A stretch of 64,000 nucleotides of DNA from Heterodontus francisci. Taxonomy: Eukaryota. Positions 1 through 13,389 of the stretch are shown one piece after another (the stretch's first letter is position 1; every line of letters begins with the position of its first letter). Made by a program: the position numbers and the translations under genes. The stretch lies in NCBI RefSeq assembly GCF_036365525.1, contig NC_090403.1:57971095-58035094 (forward strand), written 5' to 3'. The notes under the pieces are model-generated. The model saw only the letters and a program-made list of their open reading frames with translations. It did not search any database and had not been told where the DNA came from.

Positions 1-975
1 AGTGAATCGAATGGCTGAAGACTGGCATGTGTGATGGTGAGGACCTCAAGAGGAGGTGGAGATGGATCATCCACTTGACACGTTTGGCTGCAAATTCTTC
101 AAACTTCTCCTTTACACCAATGTGCTGGGCTCCCACATTATTGAGGATGGCGATGTTTTTGAAGCCTCCTCCTCCGGTTAGTTGTTTAATTGTCCACCAC
201 CATTCATGACTGGATGTGACAGGACTGCAGAGCTTTGATCGGATTCTTTGGTTATGGGATTGCTTTGCTCTGTCTGTAGCATGCTGCTTCTGCTATTTAG
301 AATGGATGTAGTCCTGTGAAGTAGCTTCACCAGGTTGGCACCTCATTTTTACATATGCCTGCTGTTCTTCCTGATATGCAGGGCCATGAGGTTACAGATT
401 GCAGTTGAATACAATTTTGCTGCTGTTGATGGCCCATAGCATCTCATTGATTCCCAATTTTGAGTTGCTAGATCTGTTCTGAGTTTATCCCATTTTGCAC
501 AGTGGTAGTGCTACACAACACAATGGAGGGCGTTGTTCCGAAGGAGGGTCACTGACCCGAAACGTTAACTCTGCTTCTCTTTCCACAGATGCTGCCAGAC
601 CTGCTGAGTGGTTCCAGCATTTCTTGTTTTTATTTCAGATTTCCAGCATCCGCAGTATTTTGCTTTTATTACAATGGAGGCTGTCCTCAGTCAAAGATGG
701 GACTTCATCTCCACAAGGACAATGTGATGGTTACTCCTACCAATACTATCATGGACAAATACATCTGCAATAGGTCGACTGGTGAGGACGAGGTCAAGTA
801 GGTGTTTCCCTCTTGTTGGTTCCCTCATCACCTGCCACAAGCCCATTCTGGCAGATACATCCTTTAGGACTCGACCATTTCAATCAGTAGTGGTGCTATC
901 AAGCTACTTTTGGTGATGGACGTTGAAGTCCCCAATCCAGAGTACGTTCTGTGCCTCAGTGCTTCTTCCAAGTGG
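1..975 (-). mobile_element. Degenerate non-LTR retrotransposon fragment (AP-endonuclease region)
   Basis: Minus strand near 905-945 reads VLWIGDFNVHHQK (GDFN motif of the APE domain) with stops nearby; boundaries approximate. Confidence 0.6.
535..671 (+). mobile_element. Short Penelope-derived terminal repeat with degenerate hammerhead motif
   Basis: GGGTCactGACCC-GAAACGTTAACTCTG...CACAGATGCTGCCAGACCTGCTGAG matches the 3' end of the Penelope-like element at 54830-54930. Confidence 0.7.
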
Positions 976-984
976 TGTTTAATA

Positions 985-1830
985 TAGCTTGGTTTTAAGG
1001 AACTTCTTAAAGGAGGAAAGAGGGGTTGAGAGGTAGGAGGGGTTTAGGGAGGGAATTCCAGAGCTTAGGGCCCAGAAAGTTAAAGGTACATCTGCCAATA
1101 GTGGATTAAAACTGGGGATGCTCAAGAGGCCAGAATGAGATGACGCAGATATCTTGGAGGATTGCGGGACTGGAGGGGATTACAGAGATAGGGAGGGGTG
1201 AGGCCATGGAGAGATTTGAAAACAAGGATGAGAATTTTAAAATCGAGGCATTGCTTAACCAGGCGCCATGTAGTTCAGTAAGCACAGGGGTGATGGGTGA
1301 ACGGGACTTGGCACGAGTTAGGATACAGGCAGCAGAGTTTTGGATGGGCTCAAATTTACTGAGGTTAGAATATGGGAGGCAGGCCAGTACTGTTGGAATA
1401 GTCAAGTCTAGAGGTCAAAAAGGCATGAATGAGGGTTTCAGCAGATGAGCTGAGACAGAGTGGAATCAGGCAATGTCATGAAGGCGGAAATAGGCCATCT
1501 TAACGATGGTGCAGATATGTTGTAGGAGCTAATCTCTGGGTCAAATATGACACCAAGGTTGCGAACAGTCTGGTTTACTCCCAGATAATTGCAAGGAGAG
1601 GGATGGAATTAGTAGCTGGGGAATGGAGCTTGGAGCAGGGACTGAAGACAACGGCTACAGTCTCCCAATATTTAATTGGAGGAAATTTCTGCTCATCCAG
1701 TACTGGATGTCGGGTGAGCAGCCTCACTGTGGAAGAATTGAGAGAGGTGGTGGTGAGGTAGAACTGGGTGTCATCAACATACATGTGAAAACTGTCTTTT
1801 CAAATGATGTCGCCGAGGATGATACAGCAG
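985..1830 (-). mobile_element. L2-like LINE 3' remnant
   Basis: ORF fragments YVDDTQFYL (RT YADD-like) and IQNSAACILTRAKSRSPITPVL are typical of L2 C-termini. Confidence 0.7.
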
Positions 1831-1974
1831 CTTTAACTGAGTAAAATGACCTAACGTGCTTCACAGAACCTTTGTCAAACAAAAGGTTGGGAGGCCAGCC
1901 AGGAGAGCACTGGAACAGTCAAGTCTAGAGGTAACAAACTTCAGTTAGATAGTGTGTCAGCACCAGACTATTGG

Positions 1975-2430
1975 AAGGCTATTGAGGCTTTTAAGATTCA
2001 CAAGGATGCTGCCTGACTTGAGGGAATATAAAAACAAAGAAAGACTTGAAAAATTGGATCTTGTTTCATTAGAACAAAGGTATCAGAGCAATAGGATATG
2101 AATGTTTAGTATTACAAGAGGATGGGACAGGTTTAAATAGAAGCAGACTGTTTCCACTGGTTGAATGTCTAGGAGGAGGGCCACAGATGCAATAATAAAT
2201 CCAAGAGCTTTAGATCAAAGTGCAGGAGAAACTCCTTTACAGAGAGTTGTGAGGCTGTAAAATTCACTTCCAGGGTAATAGTTATGGCAGAAATTGTGTC
2301 AACATTCAAGATTAGATTAGGTAGGTGGGCTGATGTAAGAGTGGTTGACAGGATATGGAAACAGGGCAGGTAAAAGTGATTGGGACTATTTGGACCAGAA
2401 TGGTTTGTTCCTGTCGTATTTGATGGTTTT
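1975..2430 (+). mobile_element. Old CR1-like LINE 3' remnant
   Basis: Degenerate similarity to the CR1 copy at 10183-10994 (TTCACAAGGATG..., TTTACAGAGAG-TTGTGAGG). Confidence 0.55.
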
Positions 2431-3069
2431 CCTGGGAAGAGGTCTATCACGGGGGATCAGCACCCCTTCCAACACCATTGTGCAGCAGGAATTGGGAGCA
2501 CATCTCATGTTCAGGAAACAACGAGCCCGATTTTAACTTTGCAAGTGAATGGGTTTCGAGTGTGTTCAAATTGGGCTGACGGCATTTAAACAAGGGAGCC
2601 CATGACTCTTTTCAGCATGGAGACGTGATGCCGATGTGCGAGACACCTAACTCAATCTTTCAGCAAACACTCTCCTAGGGTATTCGTGTTGAGTTGGGAA
2701 GTCTCATGATTACACAAACCATTCCCTTGTTTCTCAGTCTCCAAATCAAATGATTGAGATAGCACGAAAAAAGAGAAATAGACTGCACACTCTATCTGGA
2801 AAGGGACACTCCTCACTTCCATAAACCCAGAGAACGCAGCAATAGGTCAGAAAATACTCTGACACACTGCTGGAGTTTAACCACTGATAAGCTCCTGCTG
2901 CTTGTCTCACCAGGAATACCCAAGTTCTTAAAGCACTTTGCTCATGAAGTCAGCGGATGGCCACAATCCTCCCCATTTCACTGAGCGAGAATCCTCCTTT
3001 CAAACTGTAACTCGGCTGGATCTGAGTGGCAGGATTTCCAACAACTTACATTAATATACCATCTATAAC

Positions 3070-3650
3070 ATAGGAAAGACGCTGCCTCCGGAGAATCCTT
3101 GGCATCAGGTGGCAGGACCGTATCTCCAACACAGAGGTCCTTGAGGCAGCCAACATCCCCAACATAAACACCCTACTGAGCCAGCGGCGCTTGAGATGGC
3201 TTGGCCATGTGAGCCGCATGGAAGATGGCAGGATCCCCAAAGACACATTATACAGCGAGCTCTTCACTGGTATCACACCCACCGGCCGTCCATGTCTCCG
3301 CTTTAAAGACGTCTGTAAATGCGACATGAAGTCCTGTGACATTGATCACAAGTCGTGGGAGTTAGCTGCCAGTGATCGCCAGAGCTGGCGGGCAGCCATA
3401 AAGGCAGGGCTAAAGAGTGGCGAGTCGAAGAGACTTAGCAGTTGGCAGGAAAAAAAGACAGAAGCGCAAGGAGAGAGCCAACTGTGAAACAGCCCCGACG
3501 ACCAATTTTATCTGCAGCACCTGTGGAAAAGTCTGTCACTCTAGAATTGGCCTTTATAGCCACTTCAGGCGCTGCTTCACAAACCACTGACCGCCTCCAG
3601 GCGCTTACCCATTGTCTCTTGAGACAAGGAGGCCAAAGAAGAAGAAAAAG
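3070..3650 (+). mobile_element. RTE-clade LINE 3' fragment
   Basis: LRWLGHVSRMEDGRIPKDTLYSEL..GRPCLRFKDVCK, the characteristic RTE C-terminus, followed by an (AGA)n tail at ~3635-3650. Confidence 0.8.
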
Positions 3651-5041
3651 AACATAGGAAACCTCCCATGGTGTGGTGTACAGCCTGAAGGGGTCAATAC
3701 TCAGGCAGTTACGTATACTACAACTGGGTTGGATACAGAAATCAGAACATCCCATAACACCTGAATGTATACAAATGTAGAAATCAGCTATTTCATACAC
3801 TCCTACATCCTCAACCTTACAAACCCCATAAAACTTAGACACCAGTAAATCTAAACACAAAAGGTTTACTGACTGAAGTTTAACTTTCTTAGTCCTGCAA
3901 CTACATTTGTTCTCATTTTGTTTTCAGTTACGAGACAGCAGCACAGGTTTCCAGGAAATCCCTGGGTGGGTGCAGACAGGTGGAGGTTAAAGGTGGACTG
4001 CGTCAGTCAGTTCACATTCTGGGCACCAGCACTGTTTGATCCAGAGCTATGCAAAGACACCAACAACCACACGACAAGTCACTGCACTGTAAACAATGAA
4101 TGGTCTACATGTTAGGTGTGCGCCTGTTTTGGAAGGTGGGGGAAGCAAAGGCTGATCTGGGAGTGGCTCCTGTAACTGCAGGCACTTTTGGCTCGTATTG
4201 TGCAGAAATCTAAGACGTCAGTTGTTCCAACAAACAGGAGGGATTGTGTTTCTCTTCCCGAAACTCACCAGGTAAAAATCATCAGGAAAGAATGAACAAG
4301 GCAGAATGTGGCTCTGAGACAATTACTCTGTGAGGAAGGCACTCAAGGACAGCCATTTGATTTCAAATTTTTTTAAATATATGTTGAACCGCAAACTTCC
4401 AAGAGATTTCAGCAGTATCAATGTAAACTTCGACAAAGACGGACACAAGGGTCTGATACATCACCAGCCACTCCCTGCAACCCCTCCAAATAACCCAGCA
4501 AACTCAGGGGAAATAGATGCTCTCCTTCCTTTGCCCAACCTTTCACCTTTCCACTCCAGCACTTCCTGACCCTGGGTGGCATTGGATCACAGCTGAAAAG
4601 GCCACTTCAGAAAGAAGTTTAATCCAAGGGGTGTGGGGCCATTAACCAGGAAATGCATGGTCACGGGGCTGGGGGAGCATTAAGTGGGGAGGGCATGGGC
4701 ACAGGGGCTGTTAACCCAGGGGTGCATGGGCATGGGGAGGGGTGTGTTAACCTGGGGATGCATGGACAAGGGTAGCACTAATGTCCTGTGGTTCCACTTT
4801 GCTGACAGTGCTGAACACAGTGCCTGTGGATTGAGGTGAGCTCCTCCTGGTCTGCCCAACCCGGGGCTGGGAGAGGGAAGAGGCCAGAAGCCTTGTTAGA
4901 GGCTACGCTGAATAGAACTGTGGAGCGATCACAGTGGCTCGAGTAACCAGAGGAAGCAAGATGGACTAAACTCAGCAACAGGCTCATTCATGATGTTATC
5001 GGCAGGACGGTGAAAAGTTAAGAGTGATATTCTGGGAGAGA

Positions 5042-5365
5042 GGGCGGCACAGTGGCGAGCACTGCAGCCTCACAGCTCCAGCGACCCGGGTTCAATTCTG
5101 GGTACTGCCTGTGTGGAGTTTGCAAGTTCTCCCTGTGTCTGCGTGGGTTTCCTCCGGGTGCTCCAGTTTCCTCCCACAAGCCAAAAGACTTGCAGGTTGA
5201 TAGGTAAATTGGCCATTATAAATTGCCCCTAGTATAGGTAGGTGGTAGGGAAATATAGGGACAGGTGGGGATGTGGTAGGAATATGGGATTAGTATAAAT
5301 GGGTGGTTGATGGTCGGCACAGACTCGGTGGGCCGAAGGGCCTGTTTCAGTGCTGTATCTCTAAA
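5042..5365 (+). mobile_element. V-SINE (HE1-like, tRNA-derived head, CR1-like tail)
   Basis: tRNA-like head with B-box GGTTCAATTC, V-domain TGTGGAGTTTGCAAGTTCTCCCTGTGTCTGCGTGGGTTTCCTCCGGGTGCTCC, tail GGGCCGAAGGGCCTGTTTCAGTGCTGTATCTC. Confidence 0.85.
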
Positions 5366-6864
5366 ACATAAAACAAAAACAAAAAACAACAGGAGACAGT
5401 GTTCCTGATGGGTTCAAAGTGCAAAGTTCCCGACCTATAAAGAAGTAATCTGTAGAACCGCCTTTGAGTAAATGAGAGATGTAAACAAAGATCTCGCCAC
5501 AGACACACTACACCATGTAACCCTTGCACTGCTCAGGGTGTTCCAAAGAAACAGAAAAACAGGATGAACTAGTCTGATCGACTCCAAACGACACCAACAA
5601 CAACACAAACAGGTGGCTCATAGAGCTTCACAGAACAAACAACAATTAAAAACTGGCTCAACCAGAAGTTTATGAACATGCGTGGCTTTCGATACTCCCC
5701 ACTGTGAGCTGACACACTCCACAAACAGAAGTTGGTGCCTGGTTCATAGAGTGATGGATTAGCCATCACACAAGGTGAAAACTAAATGACAAAGACTGTC
5801 TCGATCGGTGCATCCTAAAGATTACAACAGGGAACTTGATGACATTTCTACGTTCTCTCTCTGTGTTTCACTACTACACTGTCACTGAGTGGAGGGAGTT
5901 GGCTTGATGAACACCCCCCCCCCCCACCCCTCCCCTCCCAGTCTCTAGGTTGCAGTGTAGACTGATCACACAGAGCAAGAACAGCTCTCAAACCCTGGTC
6001 TGCTCAGGCACAGCGTACAAGCAGCTCTTCCACATTTCTTCACCCAAAATAAAATATTAGAACTTTTCTCACTATATTTAAATGTTATTCATGTGTGCAT
6101 CTGGACAGTGTCTGCAGGTTTATCCACCATGTGGAGAACCATTGCTAAACCCAAACCTGTCCAACATCATGGATACTTAGCAAGGTCACAGGTCAGCAGT
6201 CAGCAGCAGGAACCCTGGCTGATTTCCCCCCGCCTGCCATACCCCTTACCATAGGGATCCTAAACCCCATCACAGCCTGGCTGAGATCAGCCAAGACGGG
6301 AGATCGACACTCACCCACTGAGCTGCCACTGAACATGCCCTCTCATAGAATTATACAGCACAGAAAAAGGCCCTTCGGCCCATTGTGTCTGTGCGCGGTC
6401 ATCAAGCACCTAACTATTCTAGTCCCAGCTCTCAGTAGATTCTTAGTGGCAAATATTACCAGCACAGTTCAATGTCTAATAGCCTGATCCTAGCAGCAGC
6501 ACAAACTGTGATGTGACCATTTAAACATCAGCCCAACAAAAAACTGCAAGTGTACAAAAGCTCCCCTTCAAGGCGCTGTTACGAGAGTTTATATCCAGAA
6601 ACTGCTCATTTCTTTCACCAATATTTTAACTAAGCATTAAATTCTCAAACTTTCTCCCCATTTTCAGATGACAGTGGCATGCTGTTTCAGCTGGGTGTAA
6701 TGCAAAGTCTGAGCAATCATCAAACAAAACAAACAGACCACAGTCTCACTGCTGCCCTTTCAAATGTCACCTGGGGCCCAACAAAGAGACTGGACAAAAA
6801 GATTTGTATCTCCTGCTAAAGTTAGACATCTGGCCTTGCGATAGCACCTGTGTGCACATTAGCC

Positions 6865-7080
6865 TTTCCACACAGGGCTCAGGCATGGAGCAAGTCCCTC
6901 CACTCAGGGCCCAGGCATTGAGAAAGTCCCTCCACTCAGGGCCCGGGTGCAGAGAGGGTCCGCTCCCTCTACACAGTGCCCAGGCATGGAGCAAGTCCCT
7001 CCACACAGGGCCCAGGCATGGAGCAAGTCCCTCCACACAGGACTCGGGTGCGAGCAGGTCCAGTCCCTTCATGCAGGGCC
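6865..7080. repeat. Degenerate ~32-bp tandem repeat
   Basis: Repeated CCACACAGGGCCCAGGCATGGAGCAAGTCCCT, about 6 copies. Confidence 0.8.
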
Positions 7081-7604
7081 CACGGCCTCGATTACCAACG
7101 GTCAGAAACTGAGTGAGCGAGGTGACTTGAGGAAAACACTTTCCAAAATGACAACATGCTTTGCTGACAATTGATCATATTAAACAATCCCTTATCAATG
7201 AGCCCATGTCTCGATCACAAGCATCACAAACTGCCAGTGTTGTAAATATTTAAAAATTAACTTTTCAAGGGCATTTTCTCTGAGCCTTGCCTCACTCTAC
7301 TGCCATTTTTCCAAATTATTTTTACTTCCTATCTAATGGCAGCTGCAGGCAAAATATTTGGCTTTTGTTGAAATATTGGTGACTCGGTGGCACCCTGTGA
7401 CACCCACAATAATTCACAGGAAATTTCCATTTGCAGAGACAAGCCAGGGAGACAGCAAGTTGCAAGCACCCACCGCACGCACACTGCCGGGAAATCACTG
7501 TGAGACTAAGAGGTGTAAAATCACACCAGCAGTTAATAAATTACACACTCCTGGCATTGTGCCTTCATGTGACTGAACCACATGTTATAAACACAGACTG
7601 CAGT

Positions 7605-9110
7605 CATAGAGTCATTTATGGCACAGAAGGCAGCCATTCGACCCACTGAGTCCATGCCACCTCTCCACAGAGCTATCCAGTTGGTCCCACTCCCTCACTC
7701 GATCCCCGTAGCCGTACAAGTTTATTTCCTTCAAGTGGCCATCCAATTTCCCTTTCAAGTCATTGATTATCTCCGCTGCCATCACCCTGTGGGCAGCAAG
7801 TTCTGGGTCATTACCACCTGCTGCATAAAAAAGTTCTTCCTCACATTTCCCCTGCATCTCTTGCCCAAAACCTTCAATCGTGTCCTCCAGTCCTTGTACC
7901 ATTAGTTAATGGGAACAGTTTGCCTTGTCTAACTATTCTAAGCCTGTCATAATCTTGTACACTTCTATTAAATCTCCCCTCTCCTTTGTTCTAAGAAGAC
8001 CACCACCAGCTTCTCCAAACTAACCTTTAACTAAAATCTCCTATCCCTGGAATCATTCTGGTAAATCTCCTCTGCACCCTCTCAAGGACCCTCACATCCT
8101 TCCTAAAGTGTGGTGACCAGAACTGGATGCAATGCTCCAGTTGGGGCCTAACCCGAGCTTTATAAAGGTTCAGCATAATCTCCCTGCTTTTCTACTCAAT
8201 GCTTCTGTTTATGAAGCCCAGGATCCCCATATGGTTTACTAACCACTCTCTCAATTTGTCCTGCCACCTTCAAAGATCTATGCACATAAACCCCCAGGTC
8301 CCTCTGTTTCTGCACACTCTTTCAAACTGCGCCATTAAGTATATATTGCCTCTCCCTATTCCTTTTGCCAAAATACATCACTTGTCAGTATTAAATTCCA
8401 TCTGCCACCTCTCTGCCCATTCTGCTAGCCCATCTATGATCTCTTGCAGGCGGTTCATATCATCTTCACTGTTTCCCAAGTTTGGTGTCATCAGCAAATT
8501 TTGAGATTCTACTCTGTATTCCAAAATCAATGTCATTTATATATAGCAAAAAAGGCGGTAGTTCCAACACTGACCCTTGGGGAACACCACTGTCTGCCAT
8601 CCTACAGTCTGAAAAACAGCTATTTATTATGACTCACTGTTTTCTGTCCTTGCCAATATTTTTATCCAACTGGACAGTGACCCTTCTATTCCATGAGCCT
8701 CAATTTCATCAGCCTTTTATATGGTACTTTATCAAAAACTTTCTTAAAATCCATATAAACATCCACCACATTCCTTTCATTAACCTTCTCTGTTACTTCA
8801 TCAAAAACTTCAATTAGTCAAGTATGATCTGCCTTTTACAAATCCGTGCTGGCTATCCTTAATTAACTCGAACCTCTCCAAGTGTGTTTATTTTTTTCCC
8901 TGATTATTGTTTCTAAAACCTTATCCACCACTGATGTTAAACTAACTAGCCTGTAGCTGCTAGGACTGTCCTTACACCTTTCTTGAATAAGGGTGTCACA
9001 TTTGCCACTCTCCAATCCTCTGGCAACTCCCCCATATCCAGGGAAGATCGAAATATTATGGCAAACTCTTCCGTTATCTCCATCCCCACTTCCTTTAGCA
9101 ACCTGGGATG
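7605..9110 (-). mobile_element. CR1-like LINE remnant (RT to 3' tail)
   Basis: SYRLVSLTSVVDKVLETII, antisense KFADDTK and GVPQGSV motifs, and a CR1 3' tail at ~7605-7650. Confidence 0.8.
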
Positions 9111-9249
9111 CAACTAACACAAACATTCCAATACCCACATAGGAGAAAGACACCACAAAATTCTACACCAGGTGTCAAGAACCAGACATGTTCCACAAAT
9201 TGTGTTCTATTTGACACTGAGCTTCTGACTCCATTTGCTCTCCATTACC

Positions 9250-10075
9250 CATTTCCACATCATAACATTGCCCACATCAACCCCTGCTGCTGAAATCCTC
9301 AACTATATATTTGTTACCTCTAGATTTGACTACACCAACGCTCTCCTGATTGGCCGCTCATCTTCTACCCTCCATAAACTCGAGATCATCCAAAACTCTG
9401 CGCCCATATCCTAACCCGCACCAAGTTCACAGCTCCAGCGACCCGGGTTCAATTCTGGGTACTGCCTGTGGGGAGTTTGCAAGTTCTCCCTGTGTCTGCG
9501 TGGGTTTTCTCCGGGTGCTCCGGTTTCCTCCCACAAGCCAAAAGACTTGCAGGTTGATAGGTAAATTGGCCATTATAAATTGTCACTAGTGTAGATAGGC
9601 GGTAGGGAAATATAGAGACAGGTGGGGATGTGGTAGGAATATGGGATTAGTGTAGGATTAGTATATATGGGTGGTTGATGGTTGGCACAGACTCGGTGGG
9701 CCGAAGGGCCTGTTTCAGTGCTGTATCTCTAAACTAAAGTCAGGTTCACCCATCAACCCCCCCACACTTGCTGACTTACATACTGTCTCCCAGTCCTGCA
9801 GCACATCGATTTTAAAACTCGCATCTTTGTGTTCAAAACCATCCAGGGACTCGTCCCTCCCTATCTCTATAACATCCTCCAGTGCGACAACTCCCCCCTT
9901 CAAACACAAGTGACCGTTTGCACAGAACCCTCTCCCCATTGTTTTGGCCTGTCATTGGTGGCAAATGCCTTCAGCCATCTAGACCGCATGCTCTGCATTC
10001 CCTCCCCTAACCTCAGCCTCCTTAAAATTTACCCGTTTGACGAAGTGCTTGGTGGCACTTGTGAATATCTTCCTT
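9250..10075 (+). mobile_element. L2-like LINE 3' remnant interrupted by a V-SINE
   Basis: FVTSRFDY-like and IQNS..ILTR codons; similarity resumes after 9737 (CCCATCAACCCC...CTTGCTGACTTACAT). Confidence 0.6.
9427..9737 (+). mobile_element. V-SINE (HE1-like), 5'-truncated
   Basis: Near-identical to 5070-5365. Confidence 0.85.
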
Positions 10076-10124
10076 ACTGGCTCAGCGTCTATGCTCTCCG
10101 AGAGTATTTTTCCCTGTGACTGTG

Positions 10125-11600
10125 TCACAAGGTTGTTGTTTCAAGTCACACTCGAAAAACTCAAGCACAAAATCCAGGCTGATTGCCTTTCAATCAGGGC
10201 AAATGCGAGGTGATGCATTTTGGAAGATCCAATTCAAGAGTGAACTATACAGTAAATGGAAAAGTCCTGGGGAAAATTGATGTCCAGAGAGATTTGGGTG
10301 TTCAGGTCCATTGTTCCCTGAAGGTGGCAACGCAGGTAAATAGAGTGGTCAAGAAGGCATACGGCATGCTTTCCTTCATCGGACGGGGTATTGAGTACAA
10401 GAGTTGGCAGGTCATGTTACAGTTGTATAGGACTTTGGTTCGGCCACATTTGGAATACTGCGTGCAGTTCTGGTCGCCACATTACCAAAAGGATGTGGAT
10501 GCTTTGGAGAAGGTGCAGAGGAGGTTCACCAGGATGTTGCCTGGTATGGAGGGCGCTAGCTATGAAGAGAGGTTGAGTAGATTAGGATTATTTTCATTAG
10601 AAAGACGGAGGTTGAGGGGGGACCTGATTGAGGTGTACAAAATCATGAGAGGTATAGACAGGGTGGATAGCAAGAAGCTTTTTCCCAGAGTGGGGGATTC
10701 AATTACTAGAGGACACGAGTTCAAAGTGAAAGAGGAAAAGTTTAGGGGGGATATGCGTGGAAAGTTCTTTACGCAGAGGGTGGTGGGTGCCTGGAACGCG
10801 TTGCCAGCGGAGGTGGTAGATGCGGGCACGATGGCGTCTTTTAAGATGTATCTAGACAGATACATGAATGGGCAGGAAGAAAAGAGATACATACCCTTAG
10901 AAAATAGGCGACATGTTTAGATAGAGGATCTGGATCGGCGCAGGCTTGGAGGGCCGAAGGGCCTGTTCCTGTCCTGTAATTTTCTTTGTTCTTTGACACT
11001 CAAGGGCAGCACTGAGGAGTGCCGCACTGTGGGAGGGGCAGCACTGAGGAGTACCATGTTGTCGAGGGGCAGCGCCAAGGGAGCATCGCACCGTTGGAGG
11101 GGCAGCGCCAAGGGAGCATCGCACTGCTGGAGGGGCAGCGCCACACCACACCATCAGAAGGGCAGAGCAGAGGGGCAGCGCCACACTGTTGGTGGGCAGA
11201 GCGGAGGGAGAGCGGCGCACCGTCGAAGGGGCAGCGCCGCACCGCGTTACCGGAGCAGTGCCAAGGGAGCGCCGCACCGTTGAAGGAGCAGCAGTGCCGA
11301 GGGAGCGCCGCACCGCGTTATCGCAGGAGCAGTGCCGAGGGAGCGCCGCACCGCGTTATCGGAGGAGCAGTGCCGAGGGAGCGCCGCACCGTTGGAGGAG
11401 CAGCAGTGCCGAGGGAGCGCCACACCGTTGGAGGGGCAGGCTTTGGGATGAGATGTTAAACTGATTCCCCATCTGCTCTCTTGGGTGTGTGTTGACCACT
11501 GCACGATTGGATGATCAGGGGGAATTCTCCCTGGTTTTGCAAAGCAGCTATTTTTCTTTCAACCAACATCACTAAACACAAATTATTTGTTCATAATCAC
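10125..11600 (+). mobile_element. DeuSINE/SacSINE1-like element split by a CR1 insertion, with internal tandem amplification
   Basis: Head GTTTCAAGTCACACTC...AAATCCAGGCTGA (to 10182) resumes as GACACTC at ~10995; Deu-like GGATGAGATGTTAAAC at ~11446; collinear with the copy at 19593-20140. Confidence 0.7.
10183..10994 (+). mobile_element. CR1-like LINE, 5'-truncated, with intact RT C-terminal ORF (10183-10920) and 3' tail
   Basis: KCEVMHFG..QRDLGV..LYRTLVRPHLEYCVQFWSP..LFSLERRRLRGDLIEVYKI..FFTQRVV; ends TTTCTTTGTTCTTT. Confidence 0.9.
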
Positions 11601-11699
11601 AATGCTTTTTGTAAGCTTTGAACAGCGACTGCACTTCAAACACTCCCTCGGCCCGAGCCCACCTCACCCCCTGCCCCAAGACTTCACACCAAGCCCCTC

Positions 11700-13215
11700 T
11701 GACACCCCCCAACATCCCACAAGCACCCCCCAAACATCCCACCAGTACTCCCCCCAACATCCCACCAGCGCCCCCCAACATCCCACCAGCGCCCCCCCCA
11801 ACACCCCACCAGCGCCCCCCCCAACACCCCACCAGCGCCCCCCCAGCGCCCCCACCAACACCCCACCAGCGCCCCCCCCAACACCCCACCAGCGCCCCCC
11901 CCAACACCCCACCAGCGCCCCCCCCAACACCCCACCAGCGCCCCCCCCAACACCCCACCAGCGCCCCCCCCAACACCCCACCAGCGCCCCCCCCAACACC
12001 CCACCAGCGCCCCCCCCAACACCCCACCAGCGCCACCCCCCCCACCAGCGCCCCCCCAGCGCGCCCCCCCAACACCCCACCAGCGCGCCCCCCCAACATC
12101 CCACCAGCGCGCCCCCCAACATCCCACCAGACGCCCCCCAACATCCCACCAGACGCCCCCCAACACCCCACCAGCGCCCCCCAACACCCCACCAGACGCC
12201 CCCCAACACCCCACCAGACGCCCCCCAACACCCCACCAGACGCCCCCCAACACCCCACCAGACGCCCCCCAACACCCCACCAGACGCCCCCCAACACCCC
12301 ACCAGACGCCCCCCAACACCCCACCAGACGCCCCCCAACACCCCACCAGACGCCCCCCAACACCCCACCAGACGCCCCCCAACACCCCACCAGACGCCCC
12401 CCAACACCCCGCCAGCTCCCCCCAACATCCCGCCAGCGCCCCCCAACATCCCACCAGCGCCCAACACCCCACCAGCGCCCCCCAACACCCCACCAGCGCC
12501 CCCCAACACCCCACCAGCGCCCCCCAACACCCCACCAGCGCCCCCCAACACCCCACCAGCGCCCCCCAACATCCCACCAGCGCCCCCCAACATCCCACCA
12601 GCGCCCCCCAACATCCCACCAGCGCCCCCCAACATCCCACCAGCGCCCCCCAACATCCCACCAGCGCCCCCCAACATCCCACCAGCGCCCCCCAACATCC
12701 CACCAGCGCCCCCCAACATCCCACCAGCGCCCCCCAACATCCCACCAGCGCCCCCCAACATCCCACCAGCGCCCCCCAACATCCCACCAGCGCCCCCCAA
12801 CATCCCACCAGCGCCCCCCAACATCCCACCAGCTCCCCCCCAACATCCCACCAGCTCCCCCCCAACATCCCACCAGCTCCCCCCCAACATCCCACCAGCG
12901 CCCCCCCAGCACCCCCCAGCATCCCACCAGCGCCCCCCAGCATCCCACCAGCGCCCCCCAGCATCCCACCAGCGCCCCCCCAGCACCCCACCAGCTCCCC
13001 CCAACACCCCACCAGCTCCCCCCAACACCCCACCAGCTCCCCCCAACACCCCACCAGCTCCCCCCAACACCCCACCAGCTCCCCCCAACACCCCACCAGC
13101 GCCCCCCAACACCCCACCAGCGCCCCCCAACACCCCACCAGCTCCCCCCAACACCCCACCAGCTCCCCCCAACACCCCACCAGCTCCCCCCAACACCCCA
13201 TCAGACGCCCCCTCC
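11700..13215. repeat. C-rich ~21-bp minisatellite (CCCCCAACAYCCCACCAGCGC)n
   Basis: Directly visible; source of the spurious Pro/Gly-rich ORFs in all six frames. Confidence 0.97.
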
Positions 13216-13310
13216 CCCACAAACCCCGGGGCCGGTTCGGTTACCAACCGTTACCCCCTCCCAAACCTCGGCTCCCACCCTCCTCCCCGCTCTGCCGGGC
13301 CCTCTCTCAC

Positions 13311-13365
13311 CGTGTCTCTGAGCTGAACCGAGCGCTGTGAGGAGCAGCAGCCCCGCGAGCCGCAT
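13311..13365 (-). CDS. Candidate first coding exon of a divergent gene encoding a signal peptide (MRLAGLLLLTALGSAQRH, phase-1 intron); ERBB2 by synteny only
   Basis: ATG with A at -3, hydrophobic signal-peptide pattern, donor CACG|GTGAGA at 13311/13310; lies in the CpG island head-to-head with PGAP3. No downstream exon identified in the window. Confidence 0.55.
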
Positions 13366-13389
13366 CGTCCCGCCAGCCGCCCGAGCGCC

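Noticed and set aside
5042-5110. tRNA-like A/B boxes (also ~19600 and ~28670)
   Set aside because: They are SINE heads continuing into V or Deu domains, not tRNA genes
2880-6830. Several minus-strand AG/GT pairs (donors near 2910, 4270, 6770; acceptor near 5815) as further exons of the divergent gene
   Set aside because: Translations hit stops or resemble no family I recognise; no ERBB2 exon-2 motif; cannot be supported without RNA data
11572-13326. 465-579 aa Pro- or Gly-rich ORFs
   Set aside because: Open in many frames on both strands because the 21-bp repeat lacks stop codons; no splice or homology support
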